From assembly GCA_964392085.1 (NCBI GenBank), contig CAYMOV010000005.1, forward strand, positions 5,343 to 69,342: 64,000 nt of DNA. Direction: 5' to 3'. Below, in pieces: positions 27,701 to 37,565 of this stretch (position 1 is the first letter of the stretch; every line of letters starts with the position of its first letter). Below the pieces are notes generated by a model. It was given only the letters and a program-made list of their open reading frames with translations. It was not told where the DNA came from and made no database searches. The position numbers and the translations under genes are program-made. This DNA comes from an uncultured bacterium. Lineage in GTDB: Bacteria > Oederibacteriota > Muellerivitia > Muellerivitales > Muellerivitaceae.

Positions 27701-28696
27701 CTACGCCTTCGTCTCCTGCATCTCCCGGCGGATGAAGTGGAGGATGGCCGGCGCCAGGGGGATCCCGGCGAGCCCCAGGGTGGTCTCGCCGATCAGGATG
27801 GCCAACAGGATCTGCCACATGGGCATCTCCACGTTGGACCCCACGATCTTGCTGTTGAGGAAGTACTCGCCCTTGTGGATCACCACCAGGTAGGCCAGGG
27901 CGAACAGGGCGTGCTCGGGCGAGACCGTGAGGGCCGTGCCCAGGATGACCGAGTTGGAGATCAGGTTGCCGATGATGGGCAGGAGGCCCGCCAGGAACGT
28001 GGTGAGGACCAAAAAGATCACGTAGGGCATCCCCAGGACCGTGAGGAACACCGCGGTGAGGGCCGTGTTGATGGCGCTGATCAGCAACTGGGCCCCCATG
28101 ACCCGCCCGAAGCTCCCCAGGAAACCCTGGACCTGGCGCTCCATCTCGACCCCCACCGCCGCGTAGAGGCTGGAGCCCCTCTTCGCGGTGGAACCCTGGA
28201 GGAAGTAGAAGACCGCCGCGAAACCGCCCAGGAGGATCGTGAAGACCTCCTTGGTCAGGAGAAGGCTATAGCGCTTGACCACCCCCAGGTTCTGCCGGAA
28301 GGCGGACAGCATCGCCTGTTGCAGTTCCTCGATGGTGTCGAACTGGATGTCGAAGCCGAACTGGTCCGAAAGGTGGTTGAGGGTGGGGATCAGCTTGGCG
28401 AGGATCACCGGGACCGCCGCCAGGCTCTGTTTCACGAACTTCACGAACACCAAGCCCGCGAGGCCCAGGACGACCAGGAACACCGCGAGGGCGGCGTACC
28501 GCGCGATCCCCCGCCCCATGGACTTGGTCAGGTGTCGGTGCACTTGGTCGAGGAAGACGTAGAACACCAGCCCCGTCAGGATCGCCGGCGCCAAGTGGAA
28601 GAACCCGACCGCCAAGAGCGCCCCGCCCAGCAACAGGTAGACCAGGTGCTTGGTGGAAAGCTTGCGCTGGGGTGTCGCCGGGGTCCTCTTGGGCAT
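27701..28696 (-). CDS. AI-2E family transporter
   Basis: Multi-TM; AQLLISAINTALT, LPIIGN, EYFLNSKIVG. Confidence 0.85.
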   Translation of the reverse strand: MPKRTPATPQRKLSTKHLVYLLLGGALLAVGFFHLAPAILTGLVFYVFLDQVHRHLTKSMGRGIARYAALAVFLVVLGLAGLVFVKFVKQSLAAVPVILAKLIPTLNHLSDQFGFDIQFDTIEELQQAMLSAFRQNLGVVKRYSLLLTKEVFTILLGGFAAVFYFLQGSTAKRGSSLYAAVGVEMERQVQGFLGSFGRVMGAQLLISAINTALTAVFLTVLGMPYVIFLVLTTFLAGLLPIIGNLISNSVILGTALTVSPEHALFALAYLVVIHKGEYFLNSKIVGSNVEMPMWQILLAILIGETTLGLAGIPLAPAILHFIRREMQETKA

Positions 28697-28697
28697 C

Positions 28698-29267
28698 CTA
28701 GTCCTTGACCTTCTTGAGGACGTTGCGGTCCTTGTGCTCGAACAGCTGGGTCCGGCCCTTGAGCAACATCACGGTATTCTCGGCGTAGGCGAGGGTCCCG
28801 TCGTCGCGGACCTCAATCTCCTGGTCGAACAAAACGGTCTTGAATTCCTCCTCGAGGAAGGGGTTGGACAGGATGCCGAAGGTGCCGTTCCCGACCCGGG
28901 CCGACACCTTGAACTTCTTGGCGTCCGCCGCGCAGGTGCCGCCCGCCAGGACCACCATGGCCCGGGGGATCGTCAGGCTCTTCATGATCCACTTGTTCTT
29001 GGCGTCCCAATACCAGTAGCCGATCTCGTCGTGGAAAGGGTCCCCCTCGCCCGGGTCGCGCCAGGCCTGCAGGTGGTACCGGAGGCCGTAGAGTACCTGC
29101 TCATGGTTCTCCGCCGGGCCGAAGGGCTCGAAAACCATCCGCTCGCGGAACTTGGTCTCCTCGACTTCCCGCGCGGCCGAGGGGCCGATGTCCAGGCCGC
29201 TTCCGCCCTCCCAGGTGCCGACGAGGGGACGCAAGGGTCCGAGCTTCTCGAGGATGGGGTTCGACAT
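28698..29267 (-). CDS. FABP-like/nitrobindin (DUF1794) beta-barrel protein
   Basis: LGPLRPLVGTWEG, FHDEIGYW, FEHKDRNVL; AAGGAG RBS. Confidence 0.85.
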   Translation of the reverse strand: MSNPILEKLGPLRPLVGTWEGGSGLDIGPSAAREVEETKFRERMVFEPFGPAENHEQVLYGLRYHLQAWRDPGEGDPFHDEIGYWYWDAKNKWIMKSLTIPRAMVVLAGGTCAADAKKFKVSARVGNGTFGILSNPFLEEEFKTVLFDQEIEVRDDGTLAYAENTVMLLKGRTQLFEHKDRNVLKKVKD

Positions 29268-29438
29268 AGGGCGCTCCTTGGGGAGTGGATCCGGCCGGAT
29301 GGCCGACGGACCGCATTTTAACACGCCCCGCCCCGGCGGCAGGGGGCAAACGCTTGCACTCTTTCGGGGCCCCAACCCCTTTCGCCCCGCCTTACAATGT
29401 CGCGGTTGCCCCTCGAACCCCGATTCAAGGAATCCCCC

Positions 29439-32327
29439 GTGACGAAGACCCTCCTCATCCTTTTGACCCTCGCGATCTTCCCCCGCTTGTCCCTGGGCGC
29501 CGTTGGGTCCGCCTCGCCCCGTGAACGCCTGTCGTTGGACAAAGGTTGGTTCTTCGCCCTGGGCCACGCCTACGACCCCACGAAGGACTTCGGCTTCGAC
29601 ACCGACTATTTCTCCACGATCACCAAGGCCGGCTACGGCAGCGGCCCCGTGACTTCCAGCTTCGACGACCGGGGCTGGCGCTCGGTGGACGTGCCCCACG
29701 ATTGGGCGGCGGAGCTTCCCTTCTCGCCCGAGGGAAGCCGCAGCCACGGCTACAAGGCCCTGGGCCGGAAGTTCCCGGGCGCCAGCGTGGGTTGGTACCG
29801 CCGTCATTTCTTCATCTCCGAGAAGGACCTGGGCCGCCGCGTCAGCGTGGTGTTCGACGGGGTCCAGCGGGACGCCGTGGTCTGGGTCAACGGCTTTTAC
29901 CTGGGCCGGGAAACCAGCGGCTACAGCGGCTTCCGTTATGACGTGTCCGAACTCCTGAATTACGGCGGCGACAACGTGGTGGTGGTTCGGGCCGACGTCA
30001 CGACGGAGGAAGGCTGGTTCTACGAGGGCGCCGGGATCTACCGCCATACCTGGCTCGAGAAGACCGACCCCCTCCACGTGGCCCCCGACGGCGTCTTCGT
30101 TGAATCCGAGGTGAAGGGCGATTCGGCCCGCCTCTCGACCGAGGCCACCGTCCGAAACGACGGCGCCACCCCGGTTTCGTACGAAGTCACCCAGGACGTC
30201 CGGGACGAGGACGGCCGGTCGGTCGCCACCGGCAAGGTGGGCGGCCTGAAACTGGCCCCCGGCGAAGAGGGGAAATCCCTGGGTTCCCTCCAGGTGTCCA
30301 AGGCCCTGCTTTGGTCCCTCGAATCCCCTCATTTATATACGTTGTTCACGGTTGTCCAATCCGGGTCCAAGGTCGTGGACCGGGTGGTCACGACCTTCGG
30401 CATCCGAACCCTGGGGTTCGACCCCGTCCAGGGGTTCCTCCTCAATGGGAAGCACGTCGAGCTCAAGGGCACCTGCGTCCACCAGGACTTCGCCGGGGTG
30501 GGGGCCGCCCTGCCGGACGCCCTGCAGGACTACCGGATCCGGGCCCTGAAGTCCTTCGGCTGCAACGCCTACCGCTGTTCCCACAACCCCCCGACCCCGG
30601 AGTTGCTGGACGCCTGCGACCGGCTCGGCATGCTGGTATTGGACGAGAATCGCCTCATGGGTGTCACCCCCGAGCTGACCGGACGCCTGGAGTGGCTGGT
30701 CAAGCGCGACCGCAACCACCCCTGCGTCTTCGCCTGGTCCCTGGGCAACGAGGAATGGACCATCGAGGGCAACGTGAGGGGCGAGCGCATCGGCGCGCTC
30801 ATGCAGGCCATCGTGAAGCGCCTGGACCCCACCCGGGGGATCACCGCGGCCGTCAGCGGCGGCTGGGGCAAGGGCCTGTCGGAGGTCTTGGAGGTCATGG
30901 GCTACAACTACTACACCCACGGCGACCTGGACGGCCACCACAAGAGCCATCCCCAACAACCCTCCTTCGGGAGCGAGGAATCCTCCACCCACTCGACCCG
31001 GGGCTGTTACGAGACCGTCCAGGCGGCCTGCCACCTGGCCCCCGCGGACCGGGCCGGGGAATTCAGCGCCGAGACATCCTGGAAGCACTACCTGGCCCGT
31101 CCCTTCCTGGGCGGCCTGTTCTATTGGACCGGGTTCGACTACCGGGGGGAACCCACGCCCTTCGACTGGCCGGCCATCGGCTCCCAATACGGCATCCTGG
31201 ACCTCTGCGGCTTCCCGAAGGACCAGGCCTATTACCTGAAGGCCTGGTGGACCGACGAACCCGTCCTGCACCTGTCGCCGCATTGGAACTGGAAGGGCCG
31301 TGAGGGGAAGCCCGTGACCGTCTGGGCCGATTCGAACTGCGCGGCGGTGGAATTGTTCCTGAACGGGAGGAGTCAGGGGCGCAAGGACATGCCCCTGAAC
31401 TCGCACCTGGAATGGGTGGTCCCTTATGAGCCGGGCGTCCTGTCCGCCGAGGGGTTCAAGGACGGCAAGCCGACGATGGAAACAAAGGTCGAGACCGCCG
31501 GCCCACCCGCCTCCCTCGCCCTCTCGGCCGACCGGATGGACCCGAAGGCCGATTCAGTGGACGTCTCGGTGGTGACGGTGAGCGCCCTGGACGCGAAGGG
31601 CGTCGCGAACCCCCTGGCGGGTGCGGAAGCCACTTTCTCGCTGGAAGGCCCCGGCAAGATCATCGGCGTGGGTAACGGCGACCCTTCCTGCCATGAGCCG
31701 GACCAGGTCGTGGACCAGGTGACTTCCCAGGACATCAAGAACCTGAAGTTCAAGAGGGTCGTGGGATGGGACGGGCTATCCGAGGTGGCGCCCGGGTTCA
31801 ACGACCAGGCTTGGCCCGAGGGCTTCTCGTTCCGGGGCAGGATCGACGGCAAGGCGCGGAACGTCCCCATGACGATGGTGATCCGGGGCGAATTCACCCT
31901 GGCCCCCTATGGGCCGGACACCGTCCTCACCTTCTACCCCAAGGCCATCGGGGAGGAACAGGACCTTTACATCAACGGCAAGCTCATCGTGAAGGGCCTG
32001 AAGAACGGCGACAAGACCCAAGCCTACAATCTGGAACACTCGATCCTCCACCCCGGCCGCAACACCTACGCCATGGTGGGGACGCCCCTGAGGATGCGCT
32101 GGGACTGGGACTACGGCAACACCCACCCGGGCACGATCGGGGCCTTCACGCCCCACGGGCCCTGGAAGCGCAGTCTCTTCAACGGTTTGGCCCAGGTATT
32201 GGTCCAGACGCAGGGGACGCCGGGGGAGATCATCCTGAAGGCCGAGGCGAAGGGCCTGGCCCCCGCGGTCTTGAAGTTGGAGTCGAAATCGGCGAACCTG
32301 CCGGTGGCCGCCCCCTCGGCACCCTAA
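29439..32327 (+). CDS. Secreted GH2 beta-galactosidase-like glycoside hydrolase
   Basis: Signal peptide; VPHDW, WFYEGAGIYR, RCSHNPP, RDRNHP..WSLGNEE, WTGFDYRGEP. Confidence 0.92.
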   Translation: MTKTLLILLTLAIFPRLSLGAVGSASPRERLSLDKGWFFALGHAYDPTKDFGFDTDYFSTITKAGYGSGPVTSSFDDRGWRSVDVPHDWAAELPFSPEGSRSHGYKALGRKFPGASVGWYRRHFFISEKDLGRRVSVVFDGVQRDAVVWVNGFYLGRETSGYSGFRYDVSELLNYGGDNVVVVRADVTTEEGWFYEGAGIYRHTWLEKTDPLHVAPDGVFVESEVKGDSARLSTEATVRNDGATPVSYEVTQDVRDEDGRSVATGKVGGLKLAPGEEGKSLGSLQVSKALLWSLESPHLYTLFTVVQSGSKVVDRVVTTFGIRTLGFDPVQGFLLNGKHVELKGTCVHQDFAGVGAALPDALQDYRIRALKSFGCNAYRCSHNPPTPELLDACDRLGMLVLDENRLMGVTPELTGRLEWLVKRDRNHPCVFAWSLGNEEWTIEGNVRGERIGALMQAIVKRLDPTRGITAAVSGGWGKGLSEVLEVMGYNYYTHGDLDGHHKSHPQQPSFGSEESSTHSTRGCYETVQAACHLAPADRAGEFSAETSWKHYLARPFLGGLFYWTGFDYRGEPTPFDWPAIGSQYGILDLCGFPKDQAYYLKAWWTDEPVLHLSPHWNWKGREGKPVTVWADSNCAAVELFLNGRSQGRKDMPLNSHLEWVVPYEPGVLSAEGFKDGKPTMETKVETAGPPASLALSADRMDPKADSVDVSVVTVSALDAKGVANPLAGAEATFSLEGPGKIIGVGNGDPSCHEPDQVVDQVTSQDIKNLKFKRVVGWDGLSEVAPGFNDQAWPEGFSFRGRIDGKARNVPMTMVIRGEFTLAPYGPDTVLTFYPKAIGEEQDLYINGKLIVKGLKNGDKTQAYNLEHSILHPGRNTYAMVGTPLRMRWDWDYGNTHPGTIGAFTPHGPWKRSLFNGLAQVLVQTQGTPGEIILKAEAKGLAPAVLKLESKSANLPVAAPSAP

Positions 32328-32342
32328 GCGCAACCACTTTAG

Positions 32343-32440
32343 AACCACGGGGAAGGCGGAGGGCACGGAGGAACAGAAACGCAAGCTTGGGGTTCATGTC
32401 CAAATTTGATTTCTCCGTGACCCCCTTTTACCCCGTGGTT
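32343..32440. repeat. AACCACGG-type inverted-repeat element
   Basis: AACCACGGGG..CACGGAG pairs with CTCCGTG..CCCCGTGGTT. Confidence 0.6.
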
Positions 32441-32463
32441 AAATCGGATTTTTTGAGGCCATT

Positions 32464-32895
32464 TTGAACCAAGAACCAAGTCACCCGCCCTCCGACGCTG
32501 AGCTCCGGAAGAAGCTGTCCGAGGCCTCCAACGCCCTGCTCGACCTGCACCTGGCCCTGATGGAGGCCGTGAAGGCCGGCTATGAGAAGGTGAACGGACC
32601 CATCGCGGGCCCCGGCGCCATGCTCCATTTGTTGTTGAACGACCCCGCCTTCGCCTGGCTCAGGCCGATCTCCGGGATGATGGCGAAGTTGGACGAGTGG
32701 ACCGACGACAAGAAGACGCCGTTGGACCAAGCCCAGGTGGCCCTGGCCCTCCGCCAGGTCGAGGTCTGGACCAGCGAGTCCCCCTGCGGGGACGCCACCA
32801 ACGACAGTTACCGGGTTTATTTGGGGAACGATCACGCAGTCACCATGGCCCACGCGGTCCTACGCATCAAGCTGAAGGCCCTGCCCAAGCCTTAA
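32464..32895 (+). CDS. Hypothetical helical protein
   Basis: 143-aa ORF with genome-like codon use; DPAFAWLRPIS motif; function unknown. Confidence 0.65.
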   Translation: MNQEPSHPPSDAELRKKLSEASNALLDLHLALMEAVKAGYEKVNGPIAGPGAMLHLLLNDPAFAWLRPISGMMAKLDEWTDDKKTPLDQAQVALALRQVEVWTSESPCGDATNDSYRVYLGNDHAVTMAHAVLRIKLKALPKP

Positions 32896-32896
32896 T

Positions 32897-32925
32897 TTGA
32901 CGTCTTGACGTCACCGAAGTAACTT
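32897..32925 (+). promoter_or_regulatory. Sigma-70 promoter of TA operon with overlapping operator repeats
   Basis: TTGACG-N17-TAACTT; tandem TTGACGTC-TTGACGTC containing GACGTC palindromes. Confidence 0.65.
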
Positions 32926-32942
32926 GGGGTGGGAGGTGGATC

Positions 32943-33167
32943 ATGAATGCCAAGGCCACCCTATATCTCGACCAGAAACTGTTGAAGGCCGCCAAAATCA
33001 AGGCCGCCCACCAGGACCAAAGCCTGTCCTACCTGGTGAATGAGGCCCTCCGGTTCTCGCTCAGCGAGGACGCGGCGGACAATGCGGCCACCGGTAAACG
33101 CGCGAAGGAACCTGTCCGCAGTCTGGAAGCCGTCCTCAAGGACCTCAAGCGCGACGGCCTGCTGTAA
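32943..33167 (+). CDS. RHH/CopG-family antitoxin
   Basis: KATLYLD..KIKAA..SLSYLVNEAL; GGAGG RBS; directly upstream of RelE. Confidence 0.8.
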   Translation: MNAKATLYLDQKLLKAAKIKAAHQDQSLSYLVNEALRFSLSEDAADNAATGKRAKEPVRSLEAVLKDLKRDGLL

Positions 33168-33173
33168 AAATCC

Positions 33174-33440
33174 ATGCCACTCCCCCCTTATAGCGTTTCC
33201 CTCAAGAAAACCGCCGAAAAAGAACTCCGGGCGGTTCCCCCTCCCACCTTGGCCAAGGTGGTGGACCACATCAAGGCATTGGCCCACCAACCCAGGCCCC
33301 CAGGCGTCGAGAAAATGGCCGGCGGGGACCTTTATCGGATCCGTCAAGGGAATTGGCGGGTGTTGCATTCAATCCAAGACCAAGATAAAACGGTGTTTGT
33401 GATCGAGATCGGAAATCGCCGGGATGTTTATCGGCGATAG
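33174..33440 (+). CDS. relE: RelE/ParE family toxin
   Basis: PRPPGVEKM, YRIRQGNWRV, IGNRRDVYR. Confidence 0.88.
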   Translation: MPLPPYSVSLKKTAEKELRAVPPPTLAKVVDHIKALAHQPRPPGVEKMAGGDLYRIRQGNWRVLHSIQDQDKTVFVIEIGNRRDVYRR

Positions 33441-33491
33441 TCATTCGATGGACAAACCTTCTCCAACTACTTTTTGACAGGAAACGACGCC

Positions 33492-34481
33492 ATGGAAACC
33501 CGAAAACTTGGAAGCCAAGGCCTCAGCGTCCCCGTCCTGGGGCTCGGTTGCATGGGTATGGACTTCCAATACGGCCAGGCCGACGACGCCGAGAGCCGCC
33601 GGGTTTTGGACCGATCCCTCGACCTGGGGATGAACTTCTGGGACACCGCCGAGATGTACGGCCCCTTCGCCAACGAGACCCGGCTGGGAGAGGCCCTGAA
33701 GGGTAAACGGAACCAGGTCATCCTGGCCACCAAGTTCGCCTGGAAGATCCTACCGGACGGCAAAAGGGTGGGCCTAGACGGGAGCCCCGAGAATGTGAAG
33801 CGGGCCGTTGAGGGGTCGCTCCGGCGCCTCGGCACCGACCACTTGGACCTGCTTTATCAGCACCGCCTGGACCCCAACACTCCTATAGAAGAGACCGTGG
33901 GCGCCATGGCGGATTTGGTCAAGGAAGGAAAGGTCAAGTACCTGGGTTTAAGCGAAGTGGGGTCCCAGACGATCCGCCGGGCCCACGCGGTTCACCCCCT
34001 GTCGGCCCTCCAAAGCGAGTATTCCCTCTGGGAGACCGGCGTTGAGGAGAAGGTCTTGCCGACGTTGCGGGAACTGGGGATCGGCTTCGTGGCCTTCAGC
34101 CCCGCGGGACGGGGCTTCCTGTCGGGCGCGATCAGGAAATTCGAGGATCTCGCGCCGGAGGACGGGCGCCGGACGATCCCCCGGTTCCAGGGTGAGAACT
34201 TCGCCGCCAATATGAGGCTGGTGGACCAGATCCGGATCATCGCCGAGGGCAAGGGCGCCACCCCCACCCAAGTGGCCCTAGCCTGGCTCTTGACCCGGGG
34301 TAACGACGTGGTGGCCATCCCCGGCACCACGAAGGTGAAGCATTTGGAGGAGAACGCCCTGGCCGCCCAGCTCAAGCTGGACCAGTTCGACCAAGCCGCC
34401 ATCAGCGGCATCCTGTCGGGCTTCCGGGTTTCCGGCGAGCGCCACTCCCCCGCCATGCTGAAGACCGTCTCAAAAGATTAA
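33492..34481 (+). CDS. Aldo/keto reductase
   Basis: LGLGCMGM, DTAEMYG, LATKF, DLLYQHR, QSEYSLW, IPGT. Confidence 0.95.
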   Translation: METRKLGSQGLSVPVLGLGCMGMDFQYGQADDAESRRVLDRSLDLGMNFWDTAEMYGPFANETRLGEALKGKRNQVILATKFAWKILPDGKRVGLDGSPENVKRAVEGSLRRLGTDHLDLLYQHRLDPNTPIEETVGAMADLVKEGKVKYLGLSEVGSQTIRRAHAVHPLSALQSEYSLWETGVEEKVLPTLRELGIGFVAFSPAGRGFLSGAIRKFEDLAPEDGRRTIPRFQGENFAANMRLVDQIRIIAEGKGATPTQVALAWLLTRGNDVVAIPGTTKVKHLEENALAAQLKLDQFDQAAISGILSGFRVSGERHSPAMLKTVSKD

Positions 34482-34624
34482 CAAATCCAAAATTCATTCA
34501 CCGCCAAGTCCACCAAGATCAAATAGGTAAGTCATGAAGTTCAAATCAATATTCCCCATAGAATATCCGCGGTCCAAACGTTATTGGGAGATAACCGACT
34601 CACACGTTTAGCCGAGGGACTCCG

Positions 34625-34897
34625 TTAGGTAACCTTTGGCTTCTTGTTATTGCGGGCGTAGTCCAGGGCGCGGTTCAAGCCGTCCATGAAGGCTTCCAGC
34701 TGGTCCTCGAACACCAGCACGGACGACTTGACGACCTTCCCGTTGCGCTCATGGGTGTCCGTCACGTTGAGGAAACGGTTGCCCCTCCCCGACTCGCGGT
34801 ACTCGAAGACGTATTCCCGGTTTCCCAGCTTCATGTTCTCCCAGTGGAGGCTTTTGGACTCCCCGGCGGGGGGTTTGGGGGCGGGGGTGGGTTCCAT
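34625..34897 (-). CDS. PUR/DUF3276-like nucleic-acid-binding protein
   Basis: REYVFEYRESGRGNRFLNVTD..VLVFED pattern of PUR domains. Confidence 0.65.
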   Translation of the reverse strand: MEPTPAPKPPAGESKSLHWENMKLGNREYVFEYRESGRGNRFLNVTDTHERNGKVVKSSVLVFEDQLEAFMDGLNRALDYARNNKKPKVT

Positions 34898-35002
34898 GTT
34901 CTCAACCTTTCGACGGGTCTATTCCCCGCCTGTGCGGGGCCTGTTCAGGCCATCTTGCCACATAATCGCCCCGGTAAACCGGGGTCGCTTTTCGCCCAAA
35001 AC

Positions 35003-35031
35003 AAAAAGGCCGCCCGGGGGCGGCCTTTTTT
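35003..35031. terminator. Intrinsic terminator
   Basis: AAAAAGGCCGCC-loop-GGCGGCCTTTTTT. Confidence 0.8.
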
Positions 35032-35059
35032 ACATCCAACCCGTCACGACGTCAGGGCC

Positions 35060-37399
35060 TCACGGGCACTTCTCCGCGTAGAAGGAGAAGTTCCAGTCCT
35101 GCGCGCCAGCCGGGCTGAACGTTGCCGGGAACGCCTGGTAGCTGTACCACTCGAACTGCCCCACCCCCGTCGGGGTGTTGGCCACCTGCATGTCGATCCC
35201 CGCGGCGGTGTTGTTGGACATGAAGGCGATCCAGTAGGTCCCGGTCGCGAGGGTCCCCGTGTTGGGGATGTCCACGGTGTTCCAACCGGTCACCGGGACC
35301 TGGTCGCCGGATTGGGACAACAACGCGGAGGGGCTCCCCGAGGCGTCGGTATAAAGGGCCATCCGGATCAATCCCGTGGGAGTGTTGGGGAGGTACACGT
35401 GGAGCTTGGTCACCACGCTGGACGTGCCCAGGGTGAACTTCGTGGCCAGTATGTTCCCCCCCGAGTAGTTGCTGGCGCTCCCCACGGGCGAGGTGTTGCC
35501 GAAGGTCGTGGGCGTGCACCCCGGGATCGGCGTCTCCGTCCGGGTAGGCGAGGGGGTGGAGGTGAAGGTCGGGGTGAAGGTCCAGGTGACCGTCGGGACC
35601 GGTGTGGGCGTCGCGGGCCCCACGCAGTAGTCCGCGTAAAAGGCGAAGGCCCAGTCGGTACCGCCGTAGCTGGAGAAGGGACTCGGGAAAGACCCCGTGA
35701 AGGACATGCCCTGGTACTGGCCGTCCCCGGTGGTCCCGTAATCCAGGGACATATCGATGCTGTTATCCGCCACCAGGGCGATCCAGTAGGTGCCCGGGTC
35801 CAGGGGCGAAGTGGTGGGGACCACCACGTTGTTCCACCCCACGACGGAGGTTTGGGGGTTCGAGGCGGCGATCAGGGTCCCCGGTTGGGAGGCGCCGTTG
35901 GAGTAGAGCGCCATGCGGATGTTCGCCCCGGCATTGGAGGGGATGTAGGCGTGGAGTTTGTTGACCTGTCCTGAGGTGGTCAGGGTGAAATGGGTGGCGA
36001 GGGCGTTACCCGGCGAGAAGCCGCTTCCCACGCTCCCCCCCTGGAAATTCTTTCCGAATGAGAAAAGGGTGCAGGCCGGGAGCGGCGTGAAAGTAAACGT
36101 CGCGGTGGGGGTGGAGGTAAAGGTCGGCGTCGGCGTCCAGGTGGCGGTCCGGACCGGCGTGGGCGTCCCGGCCCCCACGCAGTAGTCCGCGTAGAAGCTG
36201 AAGCTCCAGTCGGTGGCGCCCGAGCCGGTGAAGGGGCTTGGGAAGGAGCCGAACGAGGCGGACTGGTACTGCCCGTCCCCCGTCGTTTGGTTGTCCAGGG
36301 ACAGGTCGATCGGGTGGTCCGCCTCGAGCGCGATCCAATAGGTGCCGGGAGCGAGGGCAACGGTGTTGGGGATGTCCACGTTGTTCCACCCGTTCACGGC
36401 CGACTGGCTGGACGAGGCCGCCAGCACCGTCCCGGGTTGGGACGCCACGTCGTTGTAGATCGCCATCTCGAGGTTCGTCCCGGGGGTCGGGGCCGAGTGG
36501 ATATAGGCGTGCAAAACCGTCGCCTGGCCGACGGCGGTCAGGGTGAAACGCGAGGCGAAGATGTTCGGGTTGTTGTAGACGCCATTGGCGGCCCCGATCC
36601 AGTTCTTGCCGAAGGAGAAGGTGGAGCAACCGGGGAGCGGGGTCTGGGTGAAGGTGTGGGTGAAGGTCGGCGTGAAGGTCGGGGTGGGGGTCCAGGTGTC
36701 GGTGGGCACCGGGGTATCGGTGGCGGCCCCCACGCAATAGTCGGCGTAGGCCGAGAAGGCCCAGGTGTTTGCGGTGCCGCCCGAGAACGTCGGGGGGAAA
36801 GGGCCAAAGGCCATGCCGGAATACTGTCCGTCGCCCGTGGAACCGGTGTCGAAGGCCAGGCCGAGGTCGATATCGAAAGCCACGGCGATCCAGTAGGTCC
36901 CGGCGGGCAACGCCCCGGTATCCGGCACGTCCAGGGTGTTCCAGCCGACGGTGGTCACCCTCACGCTGGACTGGGTCAGCAGGTTGCCCGGTGCGGAACC
37001 GTTGTTGTCGTAGAGGGCCATCCGGACGCTGGAGCCCGAGGTGGTGGCGTAAACGTGGAGTTTGGTGACCTGGCCGGAGGTGGAAAGGGTGTAGCGCGAG
37101 GCGAAAAGGTTGCCCGACGAGAAGACCGAGCTGGAGGCACCCAGGAAGTTCTTGCCGAAGGTGAAGGGCGAGGCGCAAAGGGGCGTCTCGGTGATGGTTG
37201 GGGTGGCCGTGGGGGAACCAGGCGTCGGTGTCCGGGTGTTGGTGCTGGTCATGGTGGGCGTGCCCGTCAAGGGGTTGACGGTGAGGGTGTTCGTCGGGGG
37301 TTCCTGCCCGGGGGCGGTGGGCGAGGATTTTTTCTTGCAGCCCACGTAGGCCAAGGCCACAAGGGTCAACAGGATGGCCGTCAGGCGGAAGCGTTTCAT
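35060..37399 (-). CDS. Lipoprotein with four tandem ~145-aa beta-rich domains joined by Thr/Pro linkers
   Basis: Lipobox YVGC-KKK; repeat FG(K)N..FTL..KLH.Y..MALY..GWN..GTYWIA..W.F..YA(D/E).C four times. Confidence 0.85.
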   Translation of the reverse strand: MKRFRLTAILLTLVALAYVGCKKKSSPTAPGQEPPTNTLTVNPLTGTPTMTSTNTRTPTPGSPTATPTITETPLCASPFTFGKNFLGASSSVFSSGNLFASRYTLSTSGQVTKLHVYATTSGSSVRMALYDNNGSAPGNLLTQSSVRVTTVGWNTLDVPDTGALPAGTYWIAVAFDIDLGLAFDTGSTGDGQYSGMAFGPFPPTFSGGTANTWAFSAYADYCVGAATDTPVPTDTWTPTPTFTPTFTHTFTQTPLPGCSTFSFGKNWIGAANGVYNNPNIFASRFTLTAVGQATVLHAYIHSAPTPGTNLEMAIYNDVASQPGTVLAASSSQSAVNGWNNVDIPNTVALAPGTYWIALEADHPIDLSLDNQTTGDGQYQSASFGSFPSPFTGSGATDWSFSFYADYCVGAGTPTPVRTATWTPTPTFTSTPTATFTFTPLPACTLFSFGKNFQGGSVGSGFSPGNALATHFTLTTSGQVNKLHAYIPSNAGANIRMALYSNGASQPGTLIAASNPQTSVVGWNNVVVPTTSPLDPGTYWIALVADNSIDMSLDYGTTGDGQYQGMSFTGSFPSPFSSYGGTDWAFAFYADYCVGPATPTPVPTVTWTFTPTFTSTPSPTRTETPIPGCTPTTFGNTSPVGSASNYSGGNILATKFTLGTSSVVTKLHVYLPNTPTGLIRMALYTDASGSPSALLSQSGDQVPVTGWNTVDIPNTGTLATGTYWIAFMSNNTAAGIDMQVANTPTGVGQFEWYSYQAFPATFSPAGAQDWNFSFYAEKCP

Positions 37400-37565
37400 G
37401 GTCGGCTCCGGGAAAGGGGTTATGAAGTTCCCGAAGGTTAGCGGAAGACCACGACAAAAAACCAGGGGGGGACGGTGGAAATCCCACGGATTCACGCCGA
37501 TTTAACCGTGGGATCCCGGCCAGGGGTGGGGGATTCCCGTGGGCGCTCCGGAAGGCTTCCGACCT

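Noticed and set aside
29342-29358. Possible sigma-54 site before the GH2 gene
   Set aside because: Poor -24 match and no UAS-like motif nearby
29268-30332. Long N-terminal extension of the nitrobindin-like ORF
   Set aside because: Overlaps the GH2 gene on the opposite strand; the start with a good RBS is at 29267
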